A stretch of DNA of 26,585 nucleotides, from assembly GCA_000165425.1 (NCBI GenBank), contig CT868057.1, forward strand, positions 186,001-212,585, in the 5' to 3' direction. The position numbers and the translations under genes were made by a program. The first letter of the stretch is position 1. Each line of letters starts with the position of its first letter. The DNA comes from Paramecium tetraurelia. Lineage: Eukaryota. Under the pieces are notes generated by a model that had not been told where the DNA came from, ran no database searches, and was given only the letters and a program-made list of their open reading frames with translations. Shown piece after piece: positions 1 through 10,438 of this stretch.

Positions 1-299
1 ATAGATACACTAATCATTTATTATATAAATATCAATAATTTTTTAAATATTAACAATATATTTATGAAAATTGAATAATAATAATTGTTCCTCAATTAAA
101 AAATTATTTAATCCTCTTATAAAAAACAATTCATTTTATTCCATCTTTTGTTAATTCGTGAATGATAATAAATTATTTAATCATTTTATATATTTACTTT
201 AAATAATTAGATCTTAATGTTTTTTCCAATAAGTTTAAGCATTAATTAATTTATTTCATGAATTAATAATGAGCCTTTTTTTTTCAAATGATTTTCTTT

Positions 300-2320
300 C
301 AAATTTATGAAAGTTGCTTATTATTTTAGAGTAAAATTCTGAAAAATCATATCTTTATCGAGATATTGCATTATTCAATTATAATATCTATTTTTTATTT
401 ATTAGCGATAGATTTTATTTTTGACTTAATAGAGATTTTTTTAATCAATTAAGATTGCATGATTAGATAAGTTATTAAGAAGATTAATTTGTAGGTTATG
501 TTTTCAAATTACTGTTAATTGATAAAAATAATCTGTTTTTATTGTTCTTTCAGTTTAGGAATGATTTCTTTTGATTAGGTAATATGCCTGCAGTTATATT
601 AGAATAGAAATAGAAGTTATCAAATTTTCCTCAATTTTTATTTTCTTTGATTTGCCATAAATAATCCGTATAGATGTCAAATAAATAAAAAGATGGAATA
701 CTTCCTTATGATATTCCATTTCAAAAAGAATGTTTAGCTTCATTATTATTATAGTATTATTTACTAATTAATGCTTTTAGAAATTTTAGCTCGTTAATCG
801 CAAGTTTTGTTTTCTTTTTTATATACAGATATAGTAGATCTAGATTAGCAGTATTGTATGCCCATTTAAAATCAATGAATATTACTACTTTATTATAATA
901 AGCTCCTTATCTTGAAATATCTTTTATTAATTTAAAAATCTGAAATAAAGTTCCAAATCCTTTCATAAAGCCAAAATATTGTTTTATTATTTTGCTTTCA
1001 CAGAATCTGCTTAAAAATTTTAACAATCGCAATTCTATCCGCTTATATAAGAGTCTTAACATTGTAATTGGTCGAAATTCGCTAGGCTTTGGATAGTTTT
1101 TATTTAATGGGATTATAACGAACTCTCCGAAGTTTTAACTAAATTTTATGTACTACTTCTCCAAACATCATCAAAATAATGAAGGATCAATTTTTGGATA
1201 TCCAAGTGTCTGAAATTAAAACATTCGTTAACGCCTTGTTTTATCTTATTCTTGATTTCATATATAAAAATGGTTTAAAAGTAGTAGGTTCTAATTCTTG
1301 GAGTGGGATAGGTAGAAATTTATTAGTCCTTAATTATTTTTTTATGTATATAATACATTATTTTTGGATGTCTGTTTTCTGTGATTAAGTAATCTAAATT
1401 ATCAATGTAACAATTCATGATTTCACCATCCCTTTTAATTGGATTAACTATAACTGGCTTGTTAATTAGTTTGCGAATAATCTTATTTTACTTAATTCTA
1501 ATATTGCTATTAATTAATTAGAGTTTATTTAAAAATCTTAAGGAATTCTATGCATTATTAATTCGAGACTTTATCTTTTCTTCTATAGAGTTAGAATCTC
1601 TTTTGATTCTACTGAATTTTATGGATAAATTCTCTGAAATTCTCACTGAGAGTGCAATTCGAATTCAATAGTTAAACCTACTGCTTGTTCATTATGAAAT
1701 TATATTGCTTTTAACTTCTTAGGTTTTTTTTCAAATTTAATGAACAAATGATTAATTTATGATTAGAAAGTTTATTTTCCTGAAGTTAATCGAATGCGAA
1801 AGCTCTTAATTGATTTGAAAAATGTCTGCTTTTGATTATCGAAGCTTGTTCTTTACGTATTTTTAGTACGTAATTTAAGATTTTTGGATTAAATTTCCTT
1901 TGAGCTTAACTGTACTATTATTAGCATCATTATAGGAGCAAATTGGATTTTTGATTTTAAGTTGAACAATCAAGCTTTGCAATTTATTTAATTAGTTTCT
2001 GAAACATTTAGAGTTGACAGAGTCGATATTCGCAATATATAGTTCTACATTATTTTTTGTACATTAAACTAACAAAAATTCAGTATCATCTACTTTTAAT
2101 TATGAGAAATGTCTCTGCATATGAGTTATTTATGAATGCATTTACTTATTCCTCCGCCTGAAGAATGCTCGCTAAGTAATTTAATAATGAAATTGTATCT
2201 AGAAGAAGTGTTTATAATCTATTGAGTTTCTTGAAGACATATTTCATTTTCTTTTAAATAATTATAAAGTGATTGGTTTTAGAGAGGAAATATTTCAACA
2301 CATTACTGTTATTTAATGAT
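300..2320 (-). mobile_element. Degenerate non-LTR retrotransposon (LINE-like) ORF remnant with APE endonuclease and reverse transcriptase domains; 3' boundary approximate
   Basis: Minus-strand motifs in canonical order across frameshifts. APE: VMC*NISSL (~2280-2306; WN motif with probable TGG>TGA), ICLQET (2225-2242), SGGGI (~2148-2161), QSKADIF (~1820-1838), LSNHKLI (SDH motif, ~1750-1770). RT: NKAL..LISDTW (1202-1240), IIPLNK..P..FRPITML..YK (~1045-1116), FGFMKG (~958-975), FIDFKWAYNT (850-879), NGISQGS (700-720), LFDIYTD (664-684), decayed YADD region LQAY-YLI (573-593). Confidence 0.85.
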
Positions 2321-2519
2321 GTTTGAAGTTTATATCGTTTTAGTTTTAAAGTTTTTATTTATTTATTAAAGTATTTATTATATAATATTAATTAAAAAAT
2401 ATATATATATCAAAAAAGATGTAAGTAAGAATGATAATGTTAAAAGATTATGGGTAAATTATTTTATTCAATGAATAGAAAATGAGATTGAGTTAAGTTA
2501 GATAAAGCGAGAATAATGA

Positions 2520-3488
2520 GTATAATAATAATAAATAAATAAATGATAGAATGATATTAATTTGTTTTTATTTTTATTGATGAATATTGTAAGGTCATGC
2601 TAGTTAAGCGGCATTAACTTTATTGCAAGTATCTTCTAATAAGGCTAGAAGTGTTTCTTCTGTAGATTCTCTAAGATGATAATAAATAAAAATAGAAACC
2701 TTTATTTTTTTTCATTGTCTACTTCAGTTTTGATTCTATTGACAACATCTTTTAACATATCAAAGATTGCTTATTCTGATTCTTATCTATTGACTTTCTC
2801 TTAAACTAATAATTAGTTTAATTTGCTTAATTCTTCATTCATTTTTCTAGAGATGTTTGAATCCATTTCTTCTCTTTCTGCTACTTCTGTCTTTATAGCT
2901 TCATGTAATCTTGGTAAATCTGTTTCTAAACATTAATTTAATCTTTCGATATTTTCATTTCTTGTTCTACTTTCTGTACTCAATTCACTTCTTATTAATC
3001 CAGTCTTCTCTTCAATAAATCTTATAATCTTCTATTCTCCATCTTTTCTTGTTGATGTCAATCCTTCAACTGCCTAATTGAATGAATTCTCTAAATCGAT
3101 ATATTCCTTTTATTTTTATTCAAAATGTTATTCTCTTTATAATTTTGTTTAATCCAACACTTTCTATAATTTCAATACACTATCTTTTATCAAAGCTACT
3201 CTTTAACTTAATTATTCATTTAATTCATTCAATCCAGATTCCAATTAATCTAATCTTGTCTCTGATTCCTCTATTCTTTTTGTCTATATAAATATTAATA
3301 ATTATATTACTCTCTCTCCTTCTATTGTTAAATCCATCTAACTTAATTAAGAACTTATTTTTGCTACTCTCTCTCTTGATGGTGAATAATCTACTATATT
3401 TCACTATACCTTACTTCTATTATTTGACATATCTAACTGATTATTTAAATTAAAAGATAATATTAATATAAATAAATTTATTGCTAAT
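2520..3488. repeat. Left arm of a 969-bp inverted repeat (partner 7220-8188)
   Basis: Reverse complement matches 7220-8188 with constant coordinate sum 10708 at both ends and at the mirrored 69-aa ORFs 3082-3291 / 7417-7626. No mismatches seen in manual comparison, including introns. Confidence 0.97.
2595..3430 (-). CDS. SF-assemblin / beta-giardin family striated (kinetodesmal) fibre protein, copy 1, ~252 aa, 3 introns
   Basis: Mirror image of the gene at 7278-8113. Coiled coil ending ...ESEQAIFDMLKDVVNRIKTEVDNEKKQRESTEETLLALLEDTCNKV, which is the SF-assemblin C-terminal pattern. Confidence 0.88.
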
Positions 3489-4122
3489 TTATTTTGCTCA
3501 AATATCATTTATAATTAGTTATTATTAGAATATTTATAATTTTTACAAAAAATTTAGCATTTAACAAAGTTTAGACACATCTCCATTTTATCTAAACCTT
3601 TATTTAAGGCTATTTTAAACTTAACATTAGGCTTTATGCAATATTGTTTCTCAATGTGGCTCAGCTAATTTTTTAACAGATGCTGTGTTTTTTCGAGTTT
3701 TCTATTTTAATTAGATTAATAACATTGCTAGATACTTGGAAGGAAATTTTAGAGTAAAATCATATGTTTTAGAGCATCTTAAATTGATATCAATAAAATT
3801 AGATTGAGAAGTAGATTTTTTTTAACATAAAGGATTAAATATTTATTGTGAACATTCAATTTTTATTATTTAAATAACATTTACATATAAAAATGATTTT
3901 TATACTCTATTAGTTATTATGTAATTGTTGTAATAATAAAAATATAATGTTTTCTGAAATTGGATGAAAATAATTAAAGTCTAAAATGATGAATTAACTG
4001 AATTTCTGTTAATTTATAGTATTTAGAAAAACTTAAATATGAAAGAGATCCAAGGCTTTATTATTAAATAGGAATATCATTAGAGTCGATTGTATTGATT
4101 TAATTTTAATTAGTAATATATA

Positions 4123-5406
4123 TCAATCATATTTGGAGTAACTTCTTTATTTAAAACTTTATTTTCCTTTTAATCCTGTTTTGGTAACAAAACTTGTTTT
4201 TGTTGTATCGAACCTAAATGACTATTCTTGCGGTTATCGACTGGGTTATTTATATATGGTTTATTAATGTGGTTAGTTTTTTGGGGAAGATTTATTGCTA
4301 TGTACGTTTAATGAAACCTTTTTCTACAAGACAACCTTTTCTTATTATTTAAGATTTGTATCCTTTTCTTAAAACTCTCTTTTAGAATTTTGTCTACCAG
4401 TTTATATTTACAAAATTTTTTGGGGTTTTTCTGAAGAATTGAAATCAAGTCTATTTCTTTAGATTATAACAGTTTTGTTAAGTGGGGATGCCTATTGCTT
4501 TTATGTGTTGGGTTTAGTGGAAGATAAATAAGTAGGAGGTTTTAGACAGGCCTTCACTAATTCTTAATAATTTTTAGGAGGCGTTTCATTTGGTTAAGTA
4601 TTATTAGGAACACTGGATTATCTTAAAACTGTTTTTTCATAGAAATCGTTAAAGAACTTTCCTTTCTTTCTAGTTCCATCTTGATAAATTAATTCACCTT
4701 CTCCATGCTTTTTATCATTCATATAATATCCCTTATAAGAGTATGATGAACATCTGTACTCTCCATAGCCAGTTTTTAGCCCATTTTTAAATTTTCCATG
4801 AAAATAAGCACCGCTTGAATAAAAATATTCTCCATCTCCCTCTGGTTTTCCATTTTAATATATTCCAACATACCTATCCCCATTTGCAAATAGTTCTTCA
4901 CCAAAACCATGTTTCAAACTATCCTTAAATTCTCCTTTATATTAATCTCCATTAATCCATTTATGTTAACCTTTACCATTTGGTTTCCCTTCAATCCAAA
5001 ATCCAGTATACATGTCTCCCTTTAAGCCCATCCAAGTTCCTTATCCATGTTTATTACCGTTAAACCATTCTCCATCATAATATTCGCCATTTGCCCATGT
5101 AAATTTTCCTTAGCCTTCTGGTTTTCCATTTACATAAAGTCCTTAATAATAAGATTTGGATGGAAAAATTTCCCAGCCTTGACCGTGCTTCCGATTATTA
5201 TTGAACTCTCCTTCATATACATGATCCTAATCCATCAGCAGTACACCTTTGCCATGTTTTTAGCCATTGAATACCTACCCAAAATATATTTTGTTTTTAG
5301 AACTAACAATACTAAAATTAGGCAATTGCTTTAATTCTTAAAATGAATATCCCTTTGTATTATTCTTATAACTTTGTATTCTTAATATTATCAGATTATC
5401 GATCAT
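4123..5406 (-). CDS. MORN-repeat protein, 427 aa, intronless, with a low-complexity C-terminal tail
   Basis: Open in code 6 from ATG 5404-5406 to TGA 4123-4125. About 9 tandem MORN repeats, e.g. YEGEFNNNRKHGQG, YDGEWFNGNKHGQG, YKGEFKDSLKHGFG. Confidence 0.92.
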
Positions 5407-5465
5407 TTAATTAATTTATGTTAAAATTGAATAAAAAAAATGATTATTTTTTAATTTGATTTCAA
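5407..5465. promoter_or_regulatory. 59-bp head-to-head intergenic region, probable bidirectional promoter
   Basis: Lies between divergent ATGs at 5406 (-) and 5466 (+); about 90% AT. Confidence 0.55.
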
Positions 5466-6933
5466 ATGAGTGATGAAGAATCAGAAGATGAAAATAGATC
5501 CAAATTCAAGTTATCTAAGACTCATCAATTAATTAATTAACTTGAACACAAACTTTCAATTCTTGACTAAAAAAATGCACCTAATCTCTATCCAATATCA
5601 AGAGATTCACATCTTAAAAGTAAATAAGAATTGGAAAGAGAATTATAATAATTTGAATAAAGAATGAGAAAACTTAATCAATCAGAAAACTCCTAGTTAC
5701 ACTCATCATAAGCAAAATCAATCCCAAAGCAATCACCATAGAAGTTGAATCTATCTAATCCTATTTTATAATTATTAACTCAAAAATTAGAAAGTTTTGA
5801 TGAGGATAAAAATACTATGTTAACATCGAAATAAGATCATTTTCATAGAGAATAATAAATATTAGAATAAGAATAAAATAATTTGTTAAGAGAATAATAA
5901 TAAGCAAAATTTGAATTGGAATCATTGTTAAGAGGTTTAGAAATTGAAGAATAACGAAAATTGAATGAATAAAAGATATCAATTCTTAAGGAATAAGAAG
6001 AAAAATTATTTGATATTTAGGAATAAAGTGAAAAGCTAATATAAGAAGAGGAAGAAAAAAAGACGAACTTTTTATTGGAATTGTAATAACTATCTTTTGA
6101 AAAAAATCAATTACAAGCTTAATTATAAGTATTTACCCAAATGATATTCTTTTTTAGAACTTCGCAAGAGAATAAGGCATGTTAATTAGTAATCGAGATG
6201 AAATATCTAATTAATTAAATACATTGATGTAATTGCATAATCAAATACTTTAAAATGATTTAAAAAAGAAAGTAGTTCATCTTGATGCTTCTCCTCTGCA
6301 GAATCTTTATTAGATGAATTAACAAATTCAAGAATCAATGAATCAATAGCTATCTTTAATCAGACAAGAATTGAATGAACAAAAATAAATTAATTTAGAT
6401 CTCCTATAGGTTCTTAGCGGAGAATAGCAACAAACACATAGATAAATTGTTTCAACAGAGATGCAATAATAGTTAGAATAACAATAATAATTGTAATAAT
6501 AATCAAATTCTTAAATTCAATTCCAAAACAACACTTGCCAAAATCTAAATGAAAATTTGGAAAGCGAGGAAAGTAACATTATGTTTCAAAAATATAATAA
6601 CTAAAATGCTAATCTATATATATAAAAAGATTTTAATTAGCTTTTTGAAAAGCATAAGAAATAGTATCTATTAATTAATAACTTAGATTATTTAAGCCAA
6701 AATAAAAACTATATTTGAAATAAAACAAGGCTACTGTAGAAAAAAGGAAAAGGTCCATAGATGCAGCATAATCTAAATCAAAATCTAAGTCAAAAGAAAA
6801 GGAGAATTTTATATTGAAAGATAAAGAAAAAAAGAAAACTCCCTTATCATTTGAGGAAACATACAAAAGACACATCCAAGATTAATTAAAGAAACTTAAT
6901 TTTATTGTCGAAAAATCTTTAAATAATAAATGA
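5466..6933 (+). CDS. Uncharacterised Q/E/K-rich coiled-coil protein, one intron (6129-6157)
   Basis: Starts MSDEESEDENRSKFKLSKTHQLINQLEHKL. Open in code 6 after removing a 29-nt GT..TAG intron; ends at TGA 6931-6933. Confidence 0.8.
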
Positions 6934-7219
6934 AAGAATAATAATCTTCTTTTAGCGTTGTAATGAATCTATACTGATTATAATATATATTGAAATAAAT
7001 AACTCTCTTATTTTATTTTTTTTGATAGCAAATCAGCTTTATAATATAAATTAATGAGAACTAAAATAAGGGAAAATAAGTGTGTTTTATATGTTTTTCT
7101 GATAACCATGCTGAGATTATTATTGCTAGAGAAGAAGATATCGTTATTTGTAATTGCAGTAGAATAATCAATTAAATTTTCCTGAATTTTTAATATACTG
7201 ATTGAGGCATTGATAAGGC

Positions 7220-8188
7220 ATTAGCAATAAATTTATTTATATTAATATTATCTTTTAATTTAAATAATCAGTTAGATATGTCAAATAATAGAAGTAAGGT
7301 ATAGTGAAATATAGTAGATTATTCACCATCAAGAGAGAGAGTAGCAAAAATAAGTTCTTAATTAAGTTAGATGGATTTAACAATAGAAGGAGAGAGAGTA
7401 ATATAATTATTAATATTTATATAGACAAAAAGAATAGAGGAATCAGAGACAAGATTAGATTAATTGGAATCTGGATTGAATGAATTAAATGAATAATTAA
7501 GTTAAAGAGTAGCTTTGATAAAAGATAGTGTATTGAAATTATAGAAAGTGTTGGATTAAACAAAATTATAAAGAGAATAACATTTTGAATAAAAATAAAA
7601 GGAATATATCGATTTAGAGAATTCATTCAATTAGGCAGTTGAAGGATTGACATCAACAAGAAAAGATGGAGAATAGAAGATTATAAGATTTATTGAAGAG
7701 AAGACTGGATTAATAAGAAGTGAATTGAGTACAGAAAGTAGAACAAGAAATGAAAATATCGAAAGATTAAATTAATGTTTAGAAACAGATTTACCAAGAT
7801 TACATGAAGCTATAAAGACAGAAGTAGCAGAAAGAGAAGAAATGGATTCAAACATCTCTAGAAAAATGAATGAAGAATTAAGCAAATTAAACTAATTATT
7901 AGTTTAAGAGAAAGTCAATAGATAAGAATCAGAATAAGCAATCTTTGATATGTTAAAAGATGTTGTCAATAGAATCAAAACTGAAGTAGACAATGAAAAA
8001 AAATAAAGGTTTCTATTTTTATTTATTATCATCTTAGAGAATCTACAGAAGAAACACTTCTAGCCTTATTAGAAGATACTTGCAATAAAGTTAATGCCGC
8101 TTAACTAGCATGACCTTACAATATTCATCAATAAAAATAAAAACAAATTAATATCATTCTATCATTTATTTATTTATTATTATTATAC
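7220..8188. repeat. Right arm of the 969-bp inverted repeat (partner 2520-3488)
   Basis: Reverse complement of 2520-3488. Covers 58 bp upstream of the ATG to 75 bp downstream of the stop. Confidence 0.97.
7278..8113 (+). CDS. SF-assemblin / beta-giardin family protein, copy 2, ~252 aa; introns 7294-7314, 7398-7424, 8009-8037
   Basis: MSNNRIDYSPSRERVAKISSQLSQMDLTIEGERTKRIEESETRLDQLE... to ...STEETLLALLEDTCNKVNAAQLA*. Short head followed by a segmented coiled coil. Confidence 0.88.
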
Positions 8189-8289
8189 CTTATTACTATT
8201 GCTATTATACCCATCTCTATCATTATCATCTTTTTTCAATATTTACTTCTATATATATCTATAGTATTTTTATTATTATTTATATAACA

Positions 8290-9550
8290 GGAAATAAAGA
8301 ATATGTATTTACTTAGATATTGATATCAGATACTTGGACCTAATAATATGCTACATATATGCTTGATTTTATAATTTATGGAACTTGGCTATTGACAGAT
8401 TTTTAGACAAAATTTATGCCTATTTTGCTTTATTCGTTTGAAAAAATAATATCAAAAATACCCGTATTATTTTAGCTAAATCCAATAAAATATTTTTTAT
8501 ATTAATGGCTTGAATAGAGTTTTGATTTCCTCTCTAATCATTCTGTAAGCACATGCCTTTCTAATAATATACAAGTTCTAGTAAATTCTTAGAATTAATC
8601 TAAATGTTAAGGCTTGTTCTAAATTACCTATTTTTTATCAATTTTAAATTTGCTATAACACAGAAATTGGTGGCTGCGAACTTGAATAAAAGGAAAATAA
8701 ATAAATGCTATTTCAAATTAACTAAAGTTTCAAAAAGCCTTATCAACAATTAAATATAGAAGATATGTTAGAAAGGAGGCTTTCTTAAGTTGAGAGCTTT
8801 ATAGATGCATTTTTTCACTTTAATTATTTGAGATATACACGGAATTATTTTTTGAAAGTATAAAAAACATTGGAATCCTAAATTGTTTCGATATATACTA
8901 ATTTTATACGAATGATCTAATTCTTATAATCCGAAAAATCAACTATAAGAAACTATTGACGTTATAAAAAAAAGAAAGGAAGCAACCAAATAAAATGTTA
9001 TTTAATTAGGCTTCTGCAATTATGCATTCTTAATTAGTTTATCTTATCAATATACCTTGAATACCAATATAAATATTTAGAAATAAAAGTTGACAAAAAT
9101 AGAACCCTGAATCTAAAAATCAAATCTACTGTTAAAAATGAATTATTTATTTTGACTTTAAGAAAATCTTAATAATTCAAAACATTAGCAATCATAATTA
9201 TTAAAGTCAATTAAAATAAATTAAAATTTACTACTTGGTTCCACTAAAAATTTTCAAAAGATTCAGATTTAAATGGAATAAACGCTTAAAATTATGGTTC
9301 AATCTACTTTAAATTACCCAATAAAATTTATATTTGAAATAATAGGAGAACTTAAATAAGATTTTGAAAGGGAAATATTAAATTAAATCAAATTTAATAG
9401 AGCAAAGAATATATTCTTTAAAATAATTACTTTGATTGCCCCTTTATCAAATAAGGGTTTGTCGATTTCAATTTCCATATAACTACCTAAATGTTCCCTT
9501 GTTTGATATATTAGATTTGATCTTAAAATGTATTAATTGATAAAGCAATA
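8290..9550 (+). mobile_element. Second, heavily degenerate non-LTR retrotransposon RT remnant lacking the APE part; boundaries approximate
   Basis: Plus-strand motifs in RT order across frameshifts: LISDTW (8320-8337), FFINFKFA-YNT (8631-8663; FIDFxxAYxT motif), LFEIYTE (8824-8844), FYTNDLIL (~8902-8925; decayed YADDL), YKYLEIKVD (9068-9094; YLG motif). Confidence 0.75.
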
Positions 9551-9858
9551 AAAAGAACCTCTATTATAGAACATAAAATATAAACATACAGCTTTTTTTG
9601 TTTTATTAGTTTTATATTTTAATATAACTGCTTTTATGAATCTAAGTTCTTTTAACAATATAATTGAGAACTTCATAAAATTAACAAAGAAATATATGTA
9701 ATTAATAATAGAAAATCTAGATTATAAATCTAAAGTTTGTAAAATTGTACAACTACAATATGATTATTTAAATGAAAATTTAAATTGATTATTTTTATTT
9801 GTAATAGTTTATTTATATATTGGTGTTATATAATATTAATTTAATTACTAACAGTCAG

Positions 9859-10356
9859 ATGTTCAATAAAGTTGGAAATAAAGAAAACAAATATACGCTG
9901 AAGACAGATGAATCAAATATTGAGGAGTTGCCACATATTACAAAAATCAAAAGTGATCATTTGGAACAATTAATATTTAATGTTAAATTATATACAGAGA
10001 ATCAAAACCTTGATCAAATGAAAAAATTTTTGGTAATGAATTATAAAAAATTCAATGATTTGTAATGTGCCATCGAGTAGCTTGAAACTGAATTAGAACA
10101 ATTGAACAGATAGGAATCACAATTTGAAAATTAAAATTAAGAAAAAAATTAAGAGAATGAATTACAAATGCTTTAATAAAACTTGGAGGCATTGCAAAAG
10201 GAAGAATAACAATATCAACAACAAATAAAACAAAAACAATTATAATTGCAGAATTAAATGTTTTATAGAGAATACTATTATATGTAGCAAGAGAAACAAG
10301 GCTTGATAGCATAGAATGCAAAATTACTTTAACAAAAATAATCTACTCATAGTTGA
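9859..10356 (+). CDS. Small uncharacterised coiled-coil protein, 165 aa
   Basis: MFNKVGNKENKYTLKTDESNIEELPHI...LQCAIEQLETELEQLNRQESQFENQ...QQKQSTHS*; fully open in code 6. Confidence 0.75.
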
Positions 10357-10438
10357 TTGAATATATTTAATCAGATTTTTTATATGTATGCATTTTTGAT
10401 TTTCAAAAATATAGTGATTAAGTAATAATAAATATAAA

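Noticed and set aside
3500..4120. Possible small minus-strand ORF in the spacer
   Set aside because: Frames of about 100 codons arise easily with a single stop codon; there is no clear start or recognisable motif.
3082..7626. Identical hydrophobic 69-aa ORFs (3082-3291, 7417-7626) and the 95-aa ORF 5047-5334 as membrane peptides
   Set aside because: They are antisense shadows of the SF-assemblin and MORN genes, produced by using the wrong genetic code.
2520..8188. Inverted repeats as terminal inverted repeats of a DNA transposon
   Set aside because: The arms are a complete intron-containing cellular gene. There is no transposase in the spacer and no convincing target-site duplication.
9820..10321. 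Hydrophobic minus-strand ORF suggesting a mitochondrial insertion (TGA=Trp), and KSDH as an APE motif
   Set aside because: The plus strand gives a clean 165-aa code-6 coiled-coil gene that explains the region; no other APE motifs are nearby.
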